Of a DNA stretch of 64,000 nucleotides, positions 56,142 through 64,000 are shown one piece after another. Numbering within the stretch: the stretch's first letter is position 1; each line of letters opens with the position of its first letter. This DNA is from an uncultured Actinomycetes bacterium (GTDB lineage: Bacteria > Actinomycetota > Thermoleophilia > UBA2241), in contig CAVWDG010000009.1 of assembly GCA_963753695.1 (NCBI GenBank), positions 73,975 to 137,974 on the forward strand. The letters are read 5' to 3'. The position numbers and the translations under genes were made by a program. The notes beneath the pieces are model-generated. The model worked only from the letters and a program-made list of their open reading frames with translations. It was not told the origin of the DNA and searched no databases.

Positions 56142-57647
56142 CTAGAACTCGAAGTCTTCGTGATGGACGCGCTCGCTGCGCACGCCGGCCAGCCGGGCCT
56201 GGGCGATGAGCTGCTTCATGAAGCCGCTGGGGCCGCAGACATACAGGTCGCGGCTGGCGATGTCGGGCACGAGGCGCTGCAGGTGGCCGGCATCGAGAGG
56301 CTGTGCGGCGCGCGAGCCGACGATCTCGTGCAGGCGACCGCCGCGCACTCCGACCAGCTGCGTGATCTCGTCGCGCAGCACGAGGTCGCGGGCCGACGAG
56401 CCGCGCAGCAGCACGACCACATCGACGTGGCGCGGCAGGTCTTCGAGCATCGCTCGCACCGGCGTCGCGCCGACGCCGGCGGCCACCAGCAGCACCCGGT
56501 CGGTGTCGCGGGCGTAGCGTGTGAAGACTCCGTAGGGACCCTCGATCGCCACCGCTGTGCCGGGCGTGAGCTGAGCCAGCGCCGAGCTGTGCTCGCCCGC
56601 GGCCTTGACGGTGATGCGCATCTCGTTGCCGCCGGGCAGGGCCGAGACCGAGTAGGGGTGAGCTCGCCACCACAGGCCGCGCGTGAGAAAGCGGAAGTTC
56701 ATGAACTGCCCGCCGGCGATCGGCAGCCGCTCCAGGTGATGGCCGCGCACCACCAGGCTGATCACGCCGGGCGACTCCTGTTCGACGCGCGCCACCCTGA
56801 GCCGGTGGCTCAGGCTGCGTACGATCGGCAGGCCGAAGCGGTAGCAGAGCACGACGCCCGCGGTCAGCAACCAGAGGCTGATCCAGTAGGCCCGCGCCAG
56901 CGGATGACCGAGGAACGGCGTGCCTGTGGCGAGCTGGTGGCTGAAGGCGATGGCCGCGGCCAGGTAGGTGTACAGATGGACCGTCCACCAGGTCTCGTAG
57001 CGCATGCGCTTGCGCACGTTGCGATACGAGGTCACGCCGGCCACGACGATCAGCCCCAGGCCGACGACCGCGCCGAGCATGCCGGGGAAGTGCGTGACGA
57101 GCGTGGAGAGCTCGTGCACCATGCCCGTCTTCACGCCCTGCGCGTAGCCCAGGGTGATGAACAGGGCGTGAGCGATCAGCAGGATGATGACCCAGGGGCC
57201 GAGACGCCGGTGCCAGCGCACGAGCGTGTCCTGGCCGAGGGCCCGTTCGACCGACGGTATGCGTCCGACGAGCAGCACGGTGACCAGCAGCAGGTAGGTG
57301 CCCAGCATGCCGGTGAGGCGGCCGATGGCCGTAGCCAGACCGCCGGGGGCCACCAGGTCGTGCGGCGACAGGGTCGGCAGCACGAGCCCCATGGTGATGA
57401 TCGCACCGAGCAGTGTGAGGGTGCGGAAGATGCGCCCCCACATCAGGTGTGGCCTCGCCTGGGCGCGGGACCGCGCGCCGCTGCGCTCGCCGGCACGTCG
57501 CCTGCCGAGCCCATCGGCGAGAGCGCCGGTGTCCCACTCATCACTCACGGTCCTGCTGACCTCCCTTGCGCTGAGCCTCGACTCGCGCGACTTGCCGTAT
57601 CGGTCACTGACTTCCTGGTAGATGACCGGTGAACATGAAGAGGTCAT
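56142..57647 (-). CDS. Ferric-reductase-like TM domain plus FAD/NAD-binding domain (start uncertain)
   Basis: Heme His motifs RWHRRLG..IAHA and TVHLYTY..FSHQ; AHPYSVS; EGPYG; AAGVGATP; YVCGP. Confidence 0.88.
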   Translation of the reverse strand: MTSSCSPVIYQEVSDRYGKSRESRLSAREVSRTVSDEWDTGALADGLGRRRAGERSGARSRAQARPHLMWGRIFRTLTLLGAIITMGLVLPTLSPHDLVAPGGLATAIGRLTGMLGTYLLLVTVLLVGRIPSVERALGQDTLVRWHRRLGPWVIILLIAHALFITLGYAQGVKTGMVHELSTLVTHFPGMLGAVVGLGLIVVAGVTSYRNVRKRMRYETWWTVHLYTYLAAAIAFSHQLATGTPFLGHPLARAYWISLWLLTAGVVLCYRFGLPIVRSLSHRLRVARVEQESPGVISLVVRGHHLERLPIAGGQFMNFRFLTRGLWWRAHPYSVSALPGGNEMRITVKAAGEHSSALAQLTPGTAVAIEGPYGVFTRYARDTDRVLLVAAGVGATPVRAMLEDLPRHVDVVVLLRGSSARDLVLRDEITQLVGVRGGRLHEIVGSRAAQPLDAGHLQRLVPDIASRDLYVCGPSGFMKQLIAQARLAGVRSERVHHEDFEF

Positions 57648-57787
57648 GAAGAAACGCTGTGGGATGCCTGAGAATCGCGAGCGCCCCCGCCGCCGGGGCG
57701 CCGCGTGGGCGGCGACCCCGGAGTGGGCCGGATGGCGGCGCCCTGGATGGCGGGGCCCCGGAGGGCGGTGCTCGTCAGGGCGCTACT

Positions 57788-58063
57788 TCAGAGGGCGATG
57801 AGGATGACCTCGTTGCCCAGCATCGAGACGCGCACCTTGTCTTGCACGCTCATCGTGCGGATGGCTTTTCTTAAGGCGGAACGCACCGTTTCGGGCTTGC
57901 GCCCGATCTTGGCGACGTCTACGTCCATGGCCGGCTCGCCGGCGGCGATGAAGGCGGTGATCAGGTCGGGGTAGAACGTCGATGCCGTGCGACCGCGGCG
58001 CCGCACTAGAGTCGCCGGGTCTCGGGGCTTCAAATAGTCACCGGGATTCGTCTTCTTTGCCAT
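57788..58063 (-). CDS. Small basic hypothetical protein
   Basis: GGAGGGG SD; 91 aa; KPETVRSALRKAI helix. Confidence 0.62.
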   Translation of the reverse strand: MAKKTNPGDYLKPRDPATLVRRRGRTASTFYPDLITAFIAAGEPAMDVDVAKIGRKPETVRSALRKAIRTMSVQDKVRVSMLGNEVILIAL

Positions 58064-58266
58064 GCGACCCCTCCGCGATCAGGAAACGACGATGGCTATT
58101 AGTACCACAGCTCCGTCTATCGTGAACCACCGTCAATAACCGGGCGTGATCGCGTCCACGGCACAGTCACTCGCTTACTAGGACCATGAAGGCCGCGTCA
58201 TGGCTGTGCACTCGGCCCGTCTGTTGTCGGGCCGTGCCGTTTCGCACAGCCGTCGGACGAGATAGC

Positions 58267-58785
58267 ATGCTCACCGTGACTCCGACGATCCGCCCTTGCT
58301 CAGACGCCGACTTCGACGCCCTCCTCGAGGTGGTCAACGCGGCCGCGACCGCCTACGCGGGAGTCATTCCGCCCGACCGCTACGGCGAGCCGTACATGCC
58401 TGCCGATGAGTTGCGCGGCGAGCTCGCCGCCGGCGTGCGGTTCTGGGGGACGGTCGATGACGGCCGGCTGATCGCTGTGATGGGCATTCAAGACGTCGAC
58501 GACGTGACCCTGATCAGACACGCCTACGTGCTGCCCGGGCGGCAGCGCCGCGGCGTCGGGGGCGAGCTTCTGTCGCACCTGCGGGGCCTGGCGGTCCGCC
58601 CGCTGCTCGTGGGCACCTGGGCCGACGCCTCGTGGGCGATCCGGTTCTATCAGCGCCACGGGTTTGGACTCGTCGACCCCACCGAGAAGGATCGCCTTCT
58701 GCGCCGCTACTGGAACATCCCGGAACGTCAGGTCGAGACGTCGGTGGTGCTGCGCGCGATCGACCGTCCCGCGCCCGACCGCTAA
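58267..58785 (+). CDS. GNAT acetyltransferase
   Basis: HAYVLPGRQRRGVGGELL, WAIRFYQRHGF. Confidence 0.85.
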   Translation: MLTVTPTIRPCSDADFDALLEVVNAAATAYAGVIPPDRYGEPYMPADELRGELAAGVRFWGTVDDGRLIAVMGIQDVDDVTLIRHAYVLPGRQRRGVGGELLSHLRGLAVRPLLVGTWADASWAIRFYQRHGFGLVDPTEKDRLLRRYWNIPERQVETSVVLRAIDRPAPDR

Positions 58786-59916
58786 ACGGCGAAGCGCACC
58801 GCGACGTCGACGGCGTCGGGTGAGGCGAAGCGCGCGAGGCGCTCGCCCGCACGGGCGAGCGCCTCGCGCGCTTCGCCCGGCAACTCGACCAGCGGCCTCA
58901 CGACCACGGTCGCCGCCCCCGGCTCGCGCTCGAGCGCCCAGGTGGCCGCCGCGAACCCGTCGAGCAGCACCGCCGGGCCTATGAGTCGCCGGTTCTCGTA
59001 GACCGCCTGGTGAATCCGCGCCGGCACGACTCGTTCGGCGTCGACGTAGGCGAGCAGGGTGTTGTCCCAGGCGGCCAGGAACGTGGGCGGGGCTGGGCTT
59101 GTGGGGCGGGGCAGGGCGCCTTGGGACAGCGCCGTCCGTTCCAGGTCGAGCAGCTCGCGGCCGCGTTCGTCGCGTAGGCGGCGCAGGCGGGGACCGAGCT
59201 GCTGCGCTGCAGCACTCAGACGGGTCACGCCCGCCCAGCGCTGCGCGTCGGCCAGCCGGGCCGGGCCGAAGGCCGCCAGGTAGCGCGTGAGGAGCGCGCC
59301 CAAGTCGGGGGTCGGCGGGATGTCGTGGCCCAGCCACACGGCGGCGTCGATCGACGTCGGATTGCCGGGCACTCCCCAGGCGCGCCGGCCAGCGGCACCT
59401 GCAGCAGCGGCAGGTGCGCCCGCGCGGCGATCGACAGGGCCTCGGCGTCGGCCGCGGGGTAGAGCTCGTGCATACGGTCGCGCAGCTCGCGCGCCGAGTG
59501 GGCTCGGCGAGCCAGGGCCGCACGGCGGCGGTCACCTCGGCCAGCGTCACCCCCGGCGCGTTGCGGCGCACAAAGGCCTCGGCCCAGGCGGTGAGGGTGG
59601 GCTGCAGCGCCGGTCGCAGGACGAGGTAGTCGGCGGCGCTCACCAGGTGCTGGGTGGCGCGCATGAGGGTGCCTTTGACCAGCACGCGCCGCAGCAGGAG
59701 GTCGGCGAGCTGCTCGCGGCGCAGGCCGGGCAGGCGCGTCCATAGCCCGATCGCGGCGGCCCGCGAGTCTTGCGACTGCAGGCCGGCGATGCGCTCGACG
59801 GCGCGCACGACGGTCGCCTCGCGCGGCGCCCGCGGCCGGGCCGTGCTCGGCAGCAGGAGCTGCCGCGCCAGGGTCGCCCGATTGAGGGCTTGCGTCGTGA
59901 GGGTGTGGCCGGTCAT
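58782..59916 (-). CDS. Winged-helix AlkZ/YcaQ-like DNA glycosylase family; apparent indels near 59520 and 59385
   Basis: LNRATLARQLLL, GLQSQ, LMRATQHLV, YLAAFGPA..D..RW, FLAAWDNTLL. Confidence 0.82.
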
Positions 59917-60030
59917 GATCGAGCCCGGTTCCTACCCACTGCGGGCTGTTGTCGCGCGTCGCGCACGTTGCCCACAGACGACGTGTCGTTGGTCAGAGGG
60001 CATACTCCCTTGTCATATACTGGAGACAGC

Positions 60031-60816
60031 GTGCTGCACCACTCCGACATCGGCGTCTCGACCGGCGCGTTCTCCGAGCTCTCGCTCGCCGACGCCCTGC
60101 TGCGCATCGCCGCGCTGGCGCCCGCCGCCGAGGTCTTCTCGTATGGCCGGCACTCGCTGCTCGATCGGGGCAACGCACTCGCCGTCGCGGCCGTCGGGCT
60201 GCCCTTCAGCGTCCACGGGCCGTTCACCCACGCCGAGTTCGCCACGACCTCCGGCGCCAAGCACCGCGCGGCCCTCGACCTGCATCGCCGTCACATGGCG
60301 GTCGCAGCCGAGCTCGGCGCTTTTCTCTACATCGTGCACCCCGACCTGCACCACCGGCCGCGGCCCTGGAACCCGAAGGTGGTGGCCGCCCTGGAGCGTT
60401 CGTTCGACGAGCTGCGCGGCTTGCAGGATCTCTACGGCCTTGAGGTGGCGGTCGAGAACATGCCGATCGCGCGCCACTCGCACTTCACCAGGCCCGGCGA
60501 CCTCGATCTGCGCGGGCTGGGGCTCGTGCTCGACACCGGCCATGCCGCGCTGACCGGCACGCTGGCCGAGTGGCTCTCGGAGCCGCAGGCCAGCCTGCGC
60601 CACGTGCACCTCCACGACAACGGTGGCCGCGGCCACGGCGACCACCACCAGCCGCTGGGCAGCGGCGTGGTCGACGTCGGTCCGGTGCTGGCCGCGGCGC
60701 GTGCCGCCGGCGCGACGATCGCCCTTGAGCTCACCAACGAGGCCGACGTGGTGGCGAGCCTCGCCTACCTGCGCTCCCACGACCATCTACTGCCGTTCGC
60801 GAACACGATAGACTGA
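60031..60816 (+). CDS. Sugar phosphate isomerase/epimerase (xylose isomerase-like TIM barrel)
   Basis: SVHGP, VENM, LDTGHA, HVHLHDN, LEL metal ligands; GGAG SD plus GTG. Confidence 0.85.
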   Translation: MLHHSDIGVSTGAFSELSLADALLRIAALAPAAEVFSYGRHSLLDRGNALAVAAVGLPFSVHGPFTHAEFATTSGAKHRAALDLHRRHMAVAAELGAFLYIVHPDLHHRPRPWNPKVVAALERSFDELRGLQDLYGLEVAVENMPIARHSHFTRPGDLDLRGLGLVLDTGHAALTGTLAEWLSEPQASLRHVHLHDNGGRGHGDHHQPLGSGVVDVGPVLAAARAAGATIALELTNEADVVASLAYLRSHDHLLPFANTID

Positions 60817-60821
60817 CCGGC

Positions 60822-62675
60822 ATGGACCCACGAGACACTCTCAGCGCCACGGCGACCGCCGACGCCGAACGGCTCAGGCAGCGCACGCGGTTCCTCGAAG
60901 ACATCGAGCCGTTCAACGGTCTGAGCAAGCTCGAACTCGAGCGGGTGGCGCGCTCGGTCGTCGAGCGCGTCGCCGAGCCCGGCGAGGCGGTGCTCGTCGA
61001 AAGCGGCGTGCCCGGCACCGAGCTCTACGTGGTGTACGAAGGCACGCTTGAGCTGGTCCACAAAGAGGCCGTCGTCGCCCTCATCACGCGGGGCGAGGTC
61101 TTTGGCCACCCCAGCCTGCTCACCGGCCTGCCGCCCGAATTCACGACGCGCGCCAACAGCAGGGCGGTGCTCTACTGCATCCCCAAAGACGCGGCCTTCG
61201 ACCTGCTCAGCCACCCCGAAGGACTCATGTGGCTGGCCGGCAACCAGCGCGAGCGCCTCATTCAGGCGACGCGCGCCATGCGCGCCCTGCCCGACGTGCG
61301 CAACCGCCCCGTGACCTCGCTGGTGCGCAGCGCACCCTTGTTCTGCGAGCCCGACACGCCCATCCGCGAGGCCGCCCGCATGCTCTCCGAAGCCAAACGC
61401 AGCGCCATGCTGGTACGCCTGCGTGACGGCCTGGGCATAGTCACCGACGTCGACTTTCGCGACAAGGTCGTGCTCCTGGGCGTGTCGCGTGACGAGCCGG
61501 TCACCAAGATCATGACCTCTCCAGTGCACACCATCGGCGCCGAGGTGCTGGCGCCCGAGGCGAGCATCGCGATGATGGCCTCGGGGGTCAACCACCTGCC
61601 GGTGCTCGATGCCGAGGGCGACGTCGTCGGCATCCTGTCGGCCAGCAACCTGATGACGCTCGACTCGCGCAGCCCGTTCGCGCTGCGCCGCTCGCTGCAG
61701 ACGTCGGCCACGCAGGAAGACCTGGTGAAGGCCGCCGCCGACGTGCCCCACCTGTTCGTCGACCTGCTCGAAGCACACCTCGACGCGCCCGCCGTCATGC
61801 GCGTGCTCACAGTGCTCTCCGACGCCATGACCGCGCGCCTGATCGAGCTCTCGGTCGCCGCGCACGGCCGCCCGCCGGTGCCCTTTGCCTGGCTTGCCTT
61901 CGGCAGCTGCGCGCGCAGCGAGCTCACGCTGGCCTCAGACCAGGACAACGGCTTGGCCTACGCCGACACCGACGACCCGGCTGTCGACGAGTACTACCGG
62001 GTGATGGCCGAAGAGGTCAACGAAGGCCTCTCGCGCTGCGGCTTTGCCCTCGACCCGCACGGCGTGCTGGCGCGCTATCGCCAGTGGCGCATGACGCTGA
62101 CGCAGTGGCAGCGCGTGTTCGCCGACTGCCTCGAGGGCGGCGACATCGAGCGCCTGGCGCGCGCCAGCGTGGCCTTCGACTTTCGCCAGGTGGCCGGCGA
62201 GCTCTACGTCGACCTGGTGCTCACCGAGACCATGCGCGAGGCGACCGAGCACAAGGGATTCATGCGCGGCCTGGCTCAGCTGGGCACGCGCACCCGCCTG
62301 CCGCTGGGGTTCCGGCAGCGCATCGAAGGCAGCTTCGACATCAAAAAGCACGGGCTCGTGCCCATCCAGAACCTGGCGCGCTACTACGCCTTCGGGCGGG
62401 GCATCAGCGCCCACTCCACGATAGAGCGACTGATCGCGGTACGCGAGTCCGACGGCGAGGAGACGGTGGCCGAACGCTCGCTGCGCGAGGCCTACACGAG
62501 CATGGCGCACCTGCAGCTGCGCCACCACGCCCACGCCATCCGCAACGGCCTGCCGCTCAACAACGTCATCGACGTCAGCACCCTGCGTCCGCTCACCAAG
62601 GTCACCCTGCAAGAGGCCATGCGCGAGGTGGCCGCCGTGCAGAGCCGCTTCCCGCGCCTCGCCGCCCTGCGCTGA
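60822..62675 (+). CDS. cNMP-CBS-CBS-nucleotidyltransferase-DUF294 protein
   Basis: cNMP domain (GEVFG), two CBS domains, NTase FGSCARSELTLASDQDN, FDIKKHGLVPI. Confidence 0.9.
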   Translation: MDPRDTLSATATADAERLRQRTRFLEDIEPFNGLSKLELERVARSVVERVAEPGEAVLVESGVPGTELYVVYEGTLELVHKEAVVALITRGEVFGHPSLLTGLPPEFTTRANSRAVLYCIPKDAAFDLLSHPEGLMWLAGNQRERLIQATRAMRALPDVRNRPVTSLVRSAPLFCEPDTPIREAARMLSEAKRSAMLVRLRDGLGIVTDVDFRDKVVLLGVSRDEPVTKIMTSPVHTIGAEVLAPEASIAMMASGVNHLPVLDAEGDVVGILSASNLMTLDSRSPFALRRSLQTSATQEDLVKAAADVPHLFVDLLEAHLDAPAVMRVLTVLSDAMTARLIELSVAAHGRPPVPFAWLAFGSCARSELTLASDQDNGLAYADTDDPAVDEYYRVMAEEVNEGLSRCGFALDPHGVLARYRQWRMTLTQWQRVFADCLEGGDIERLARASVAFDFRQVAGELYVDLVLTETMREATEHKGFMRGLAQLGTRTRLPLGFRQRIEGSFDIKKHGLVPIQNLARYYAFGRGISAHSTIERLIAVRESDGEETVAERSLREAYTSMAHLQLRHHAHAIRNGLPLNNVIDVSTLRPLTKVTLQEAMREVAAVQSRFPRLAALR

Positions 62676-62707
62676 CGGGCCCCGACGACGACACGCCGCC
62701 GCCGGGC

Positions 62708-64000
62708 GTGGCGCCGGGCGACGACGACTTCGGCGCCTTCGACGAAGCCGGGCGCCTGGCGCCGACTCCACCCATAGCTCCGCGCGAGTCCAACCGCTCG
62801 TCGCGGCTCCTGCGTCACGTGGTGGTCGACGTCGGGCCGCTTCGTCGGCACCGCGACTTTCGCCTGCTGTGGTTCGGGCGCGCGGTCTCGCTGCTGGGCT
62901 CGATGGTCACCTACGTGGCGATCCCCTATCAGACCTACCAGATCAGCCACTCCTCGCTGATCGTGGGGCTGGTCAGCGCCGCCGCGCTGGTGCCTCTGCT
63001 GACCATGGCCCTGGTCGGCGGAGCCTTTGCCGACGCTCTCGACCGGCGCCGGCTGGTGTTGATCACCGAGGTGGCTTTCGCCGGCGCCTCGGCCCTGCTG
63101 GTCGCCAACGCCACGCTGTGGCGCCCGCAGCTGTGGGTCCTGTTCGTGGTGGCCGCGCTCATGGCGGCGCTCGACGGCCTGCAGCGGCCGCCGCTCGACG
63201 CTCTGCTGCCGCGCCTGGTCGAGCGCGACGAGCTCGCCGCCGCCGGCGCCCTGTCGGCGCTGCGCGGCACCGTCGGCAGCATAGCCGGGCCGGCGCTCGG
63301 CGGCCTGTTGATCGCCGCCGCCGGCGTGGGCGCCGCCTACGCCTTCGATGTGGTCACGTTCGTCGTCTCGGTCGTGGTGCTCACGCTCATGCACGCCGTG
63401 CCGCCGCCCGCCGACGCCGAGTCGCCCAGCCTGCGCGGCATCCTCGCCGGCCTGCGCTACGCGGCCAGCCGCCAGGAGTTGATCGGCACCTACAGCGTCG
63501 ACATCGTCGCCATGTTCTTCGGCATGCCCGAAGCGCTGTTCCCGGCGCTCTCCCAGCACCTCGGCGGCGCGTCCGCCCTGGGACTGCTCTTCGCGGCGCC
63601 CGAGGTGGGCTCGTTCCTGGCCACCGTGACGAGCGGCTGGACGGCCCGCGTGCATCGCCACGGCGTCGCGGTCTGCCTGGCGGCGGCGGGCTGGGGGCTG
63701 GGCATCACGCTGCTGGGCTTCGCGCCCGGTCTGGCCCTGGCCGTGGCCGCGCTCGTGATCGCCGGCTTCTTCGACATGATCAGCGGCATCTTCCGCATGG
63801 TCATCTGGAACCAGACGATCCCCGACCGGCTGCGGGGCCGCCTTGCCGGCATCGAGCAGATCTCCTATTCGACCGGGCCGTTGCTGGGCGACGTCGAGTC
63901 GGGCGTCGTGGCCTCGCTGGCCGGGGTGCGCGCCTCGATCGCCTCGGGCGGCATCCTGTGCGTCGCCGGCGTCGCCGTGGCGGCGACCGTGCTGCGCGGC
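62708..64000 (+). CDS. MFS transporter (EntS/H+ antiporter-like), 3'-truncated
   Basis: Open frame LRRHRDFRLLWFG..SLLGSMVT..GGAFADALDRRRL, no stop within the window; start approximate. Confidence 0.85.
   Translation, partial: MAPGDDDFGAFDEAGRLAPTPPIAPRESNRSSRLLRHVVVDVGPLRRHRDFRLLWFGRAVSLLGSMVTYVAIPYQTYQISHSSLIVGLVSAAALVPLLTMALVGGAFADALDRRRLVLITEVAFAGASALLVANATLWRPQLWVLFVVAALMAALDGLQRPPLDALLPRLVERDELAAAGALSALRGTVGSIAGPALGGLLIAAAGVGAAYAFDVVTFVVSVVVLTLMHAVPPPADAESPSLRGILAGLRYAASRQELIGTYSVDIVAMFFGMPEALFPALSQHLGGASALGLLFAAPEVGSFLATVTSGWTARVHRHGVAVCLAAAGWGLGITLLGFAPGLALAVAALVIAGFFDMISGIFRMVIWNQTIPDRLRGRLAGIEQISYSTGPLLGDVESGVVASLAGVRASIASGGILCVAGVAVAATVLRG

Noticed and set aside
2485-59916. Multiple frameshifted genes as pseudogenes or programmed frameshifts
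   Set aside because: The same 1-bp indel pattern disrupts prfB, so assembly error is more parsimonious. Only the CTT TGA C site is accepted as programmed.
63-63852. Many long overlapping or antisense ORFs in the supplied track
   Set aside because: These are shadow ORFs expected at high GC; they are Arg/Pro/Ala-rich and lack family motifs.

Overview
High-GC bacterial window, probably Actinomycetota (Thermoleophilia-like; inferred from gene content and leaderless starts, not proven). It begins with housekeeping genes (secA, prfB with its CTT-TGA-C frameshift, tRNA-Val) and continues through transporters, regulators and accessory enzymes. The main result is a ca. 21 kb methylated-amine island (33.4-54.1 kb). 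It carries adjacent dimethylamine (mtbB) and trimethylamine (mttB) methyltransferase genes, each with an in-frame TAG at the homologous pyrrolysine position (52246-52248 and 53627-53629). Each TAG is followed 54-63 nt later by a stem-loop built from otherwise rare codons (candidate PYLIS-like element). The island also has a non-Pyl MttB paralogue, an E. coli ygcW-E-U-R-Q-like cluster, a peptide-type ABC importer and an FAD oxidoreductase. A shared 20-24 bp palindromic operator occurs at three promoters next to a TetR gene. No pylTSBCD, corrinoid protein or integrase was seen. Other notable items are a ca. 155 nt candidate ncRNA containing a 16S helix-16 look-alike, an orphan DHH plus mevalonate-kinase-like pair, and a flavinylation (ApbE/FMN-binding/ferric-reductase-like) cluster. 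Caveat: clustered 1-bp indels, including in the normally essential prfB, point to an error-prone assembly, so most frameshifts are treated as probable artefacts.
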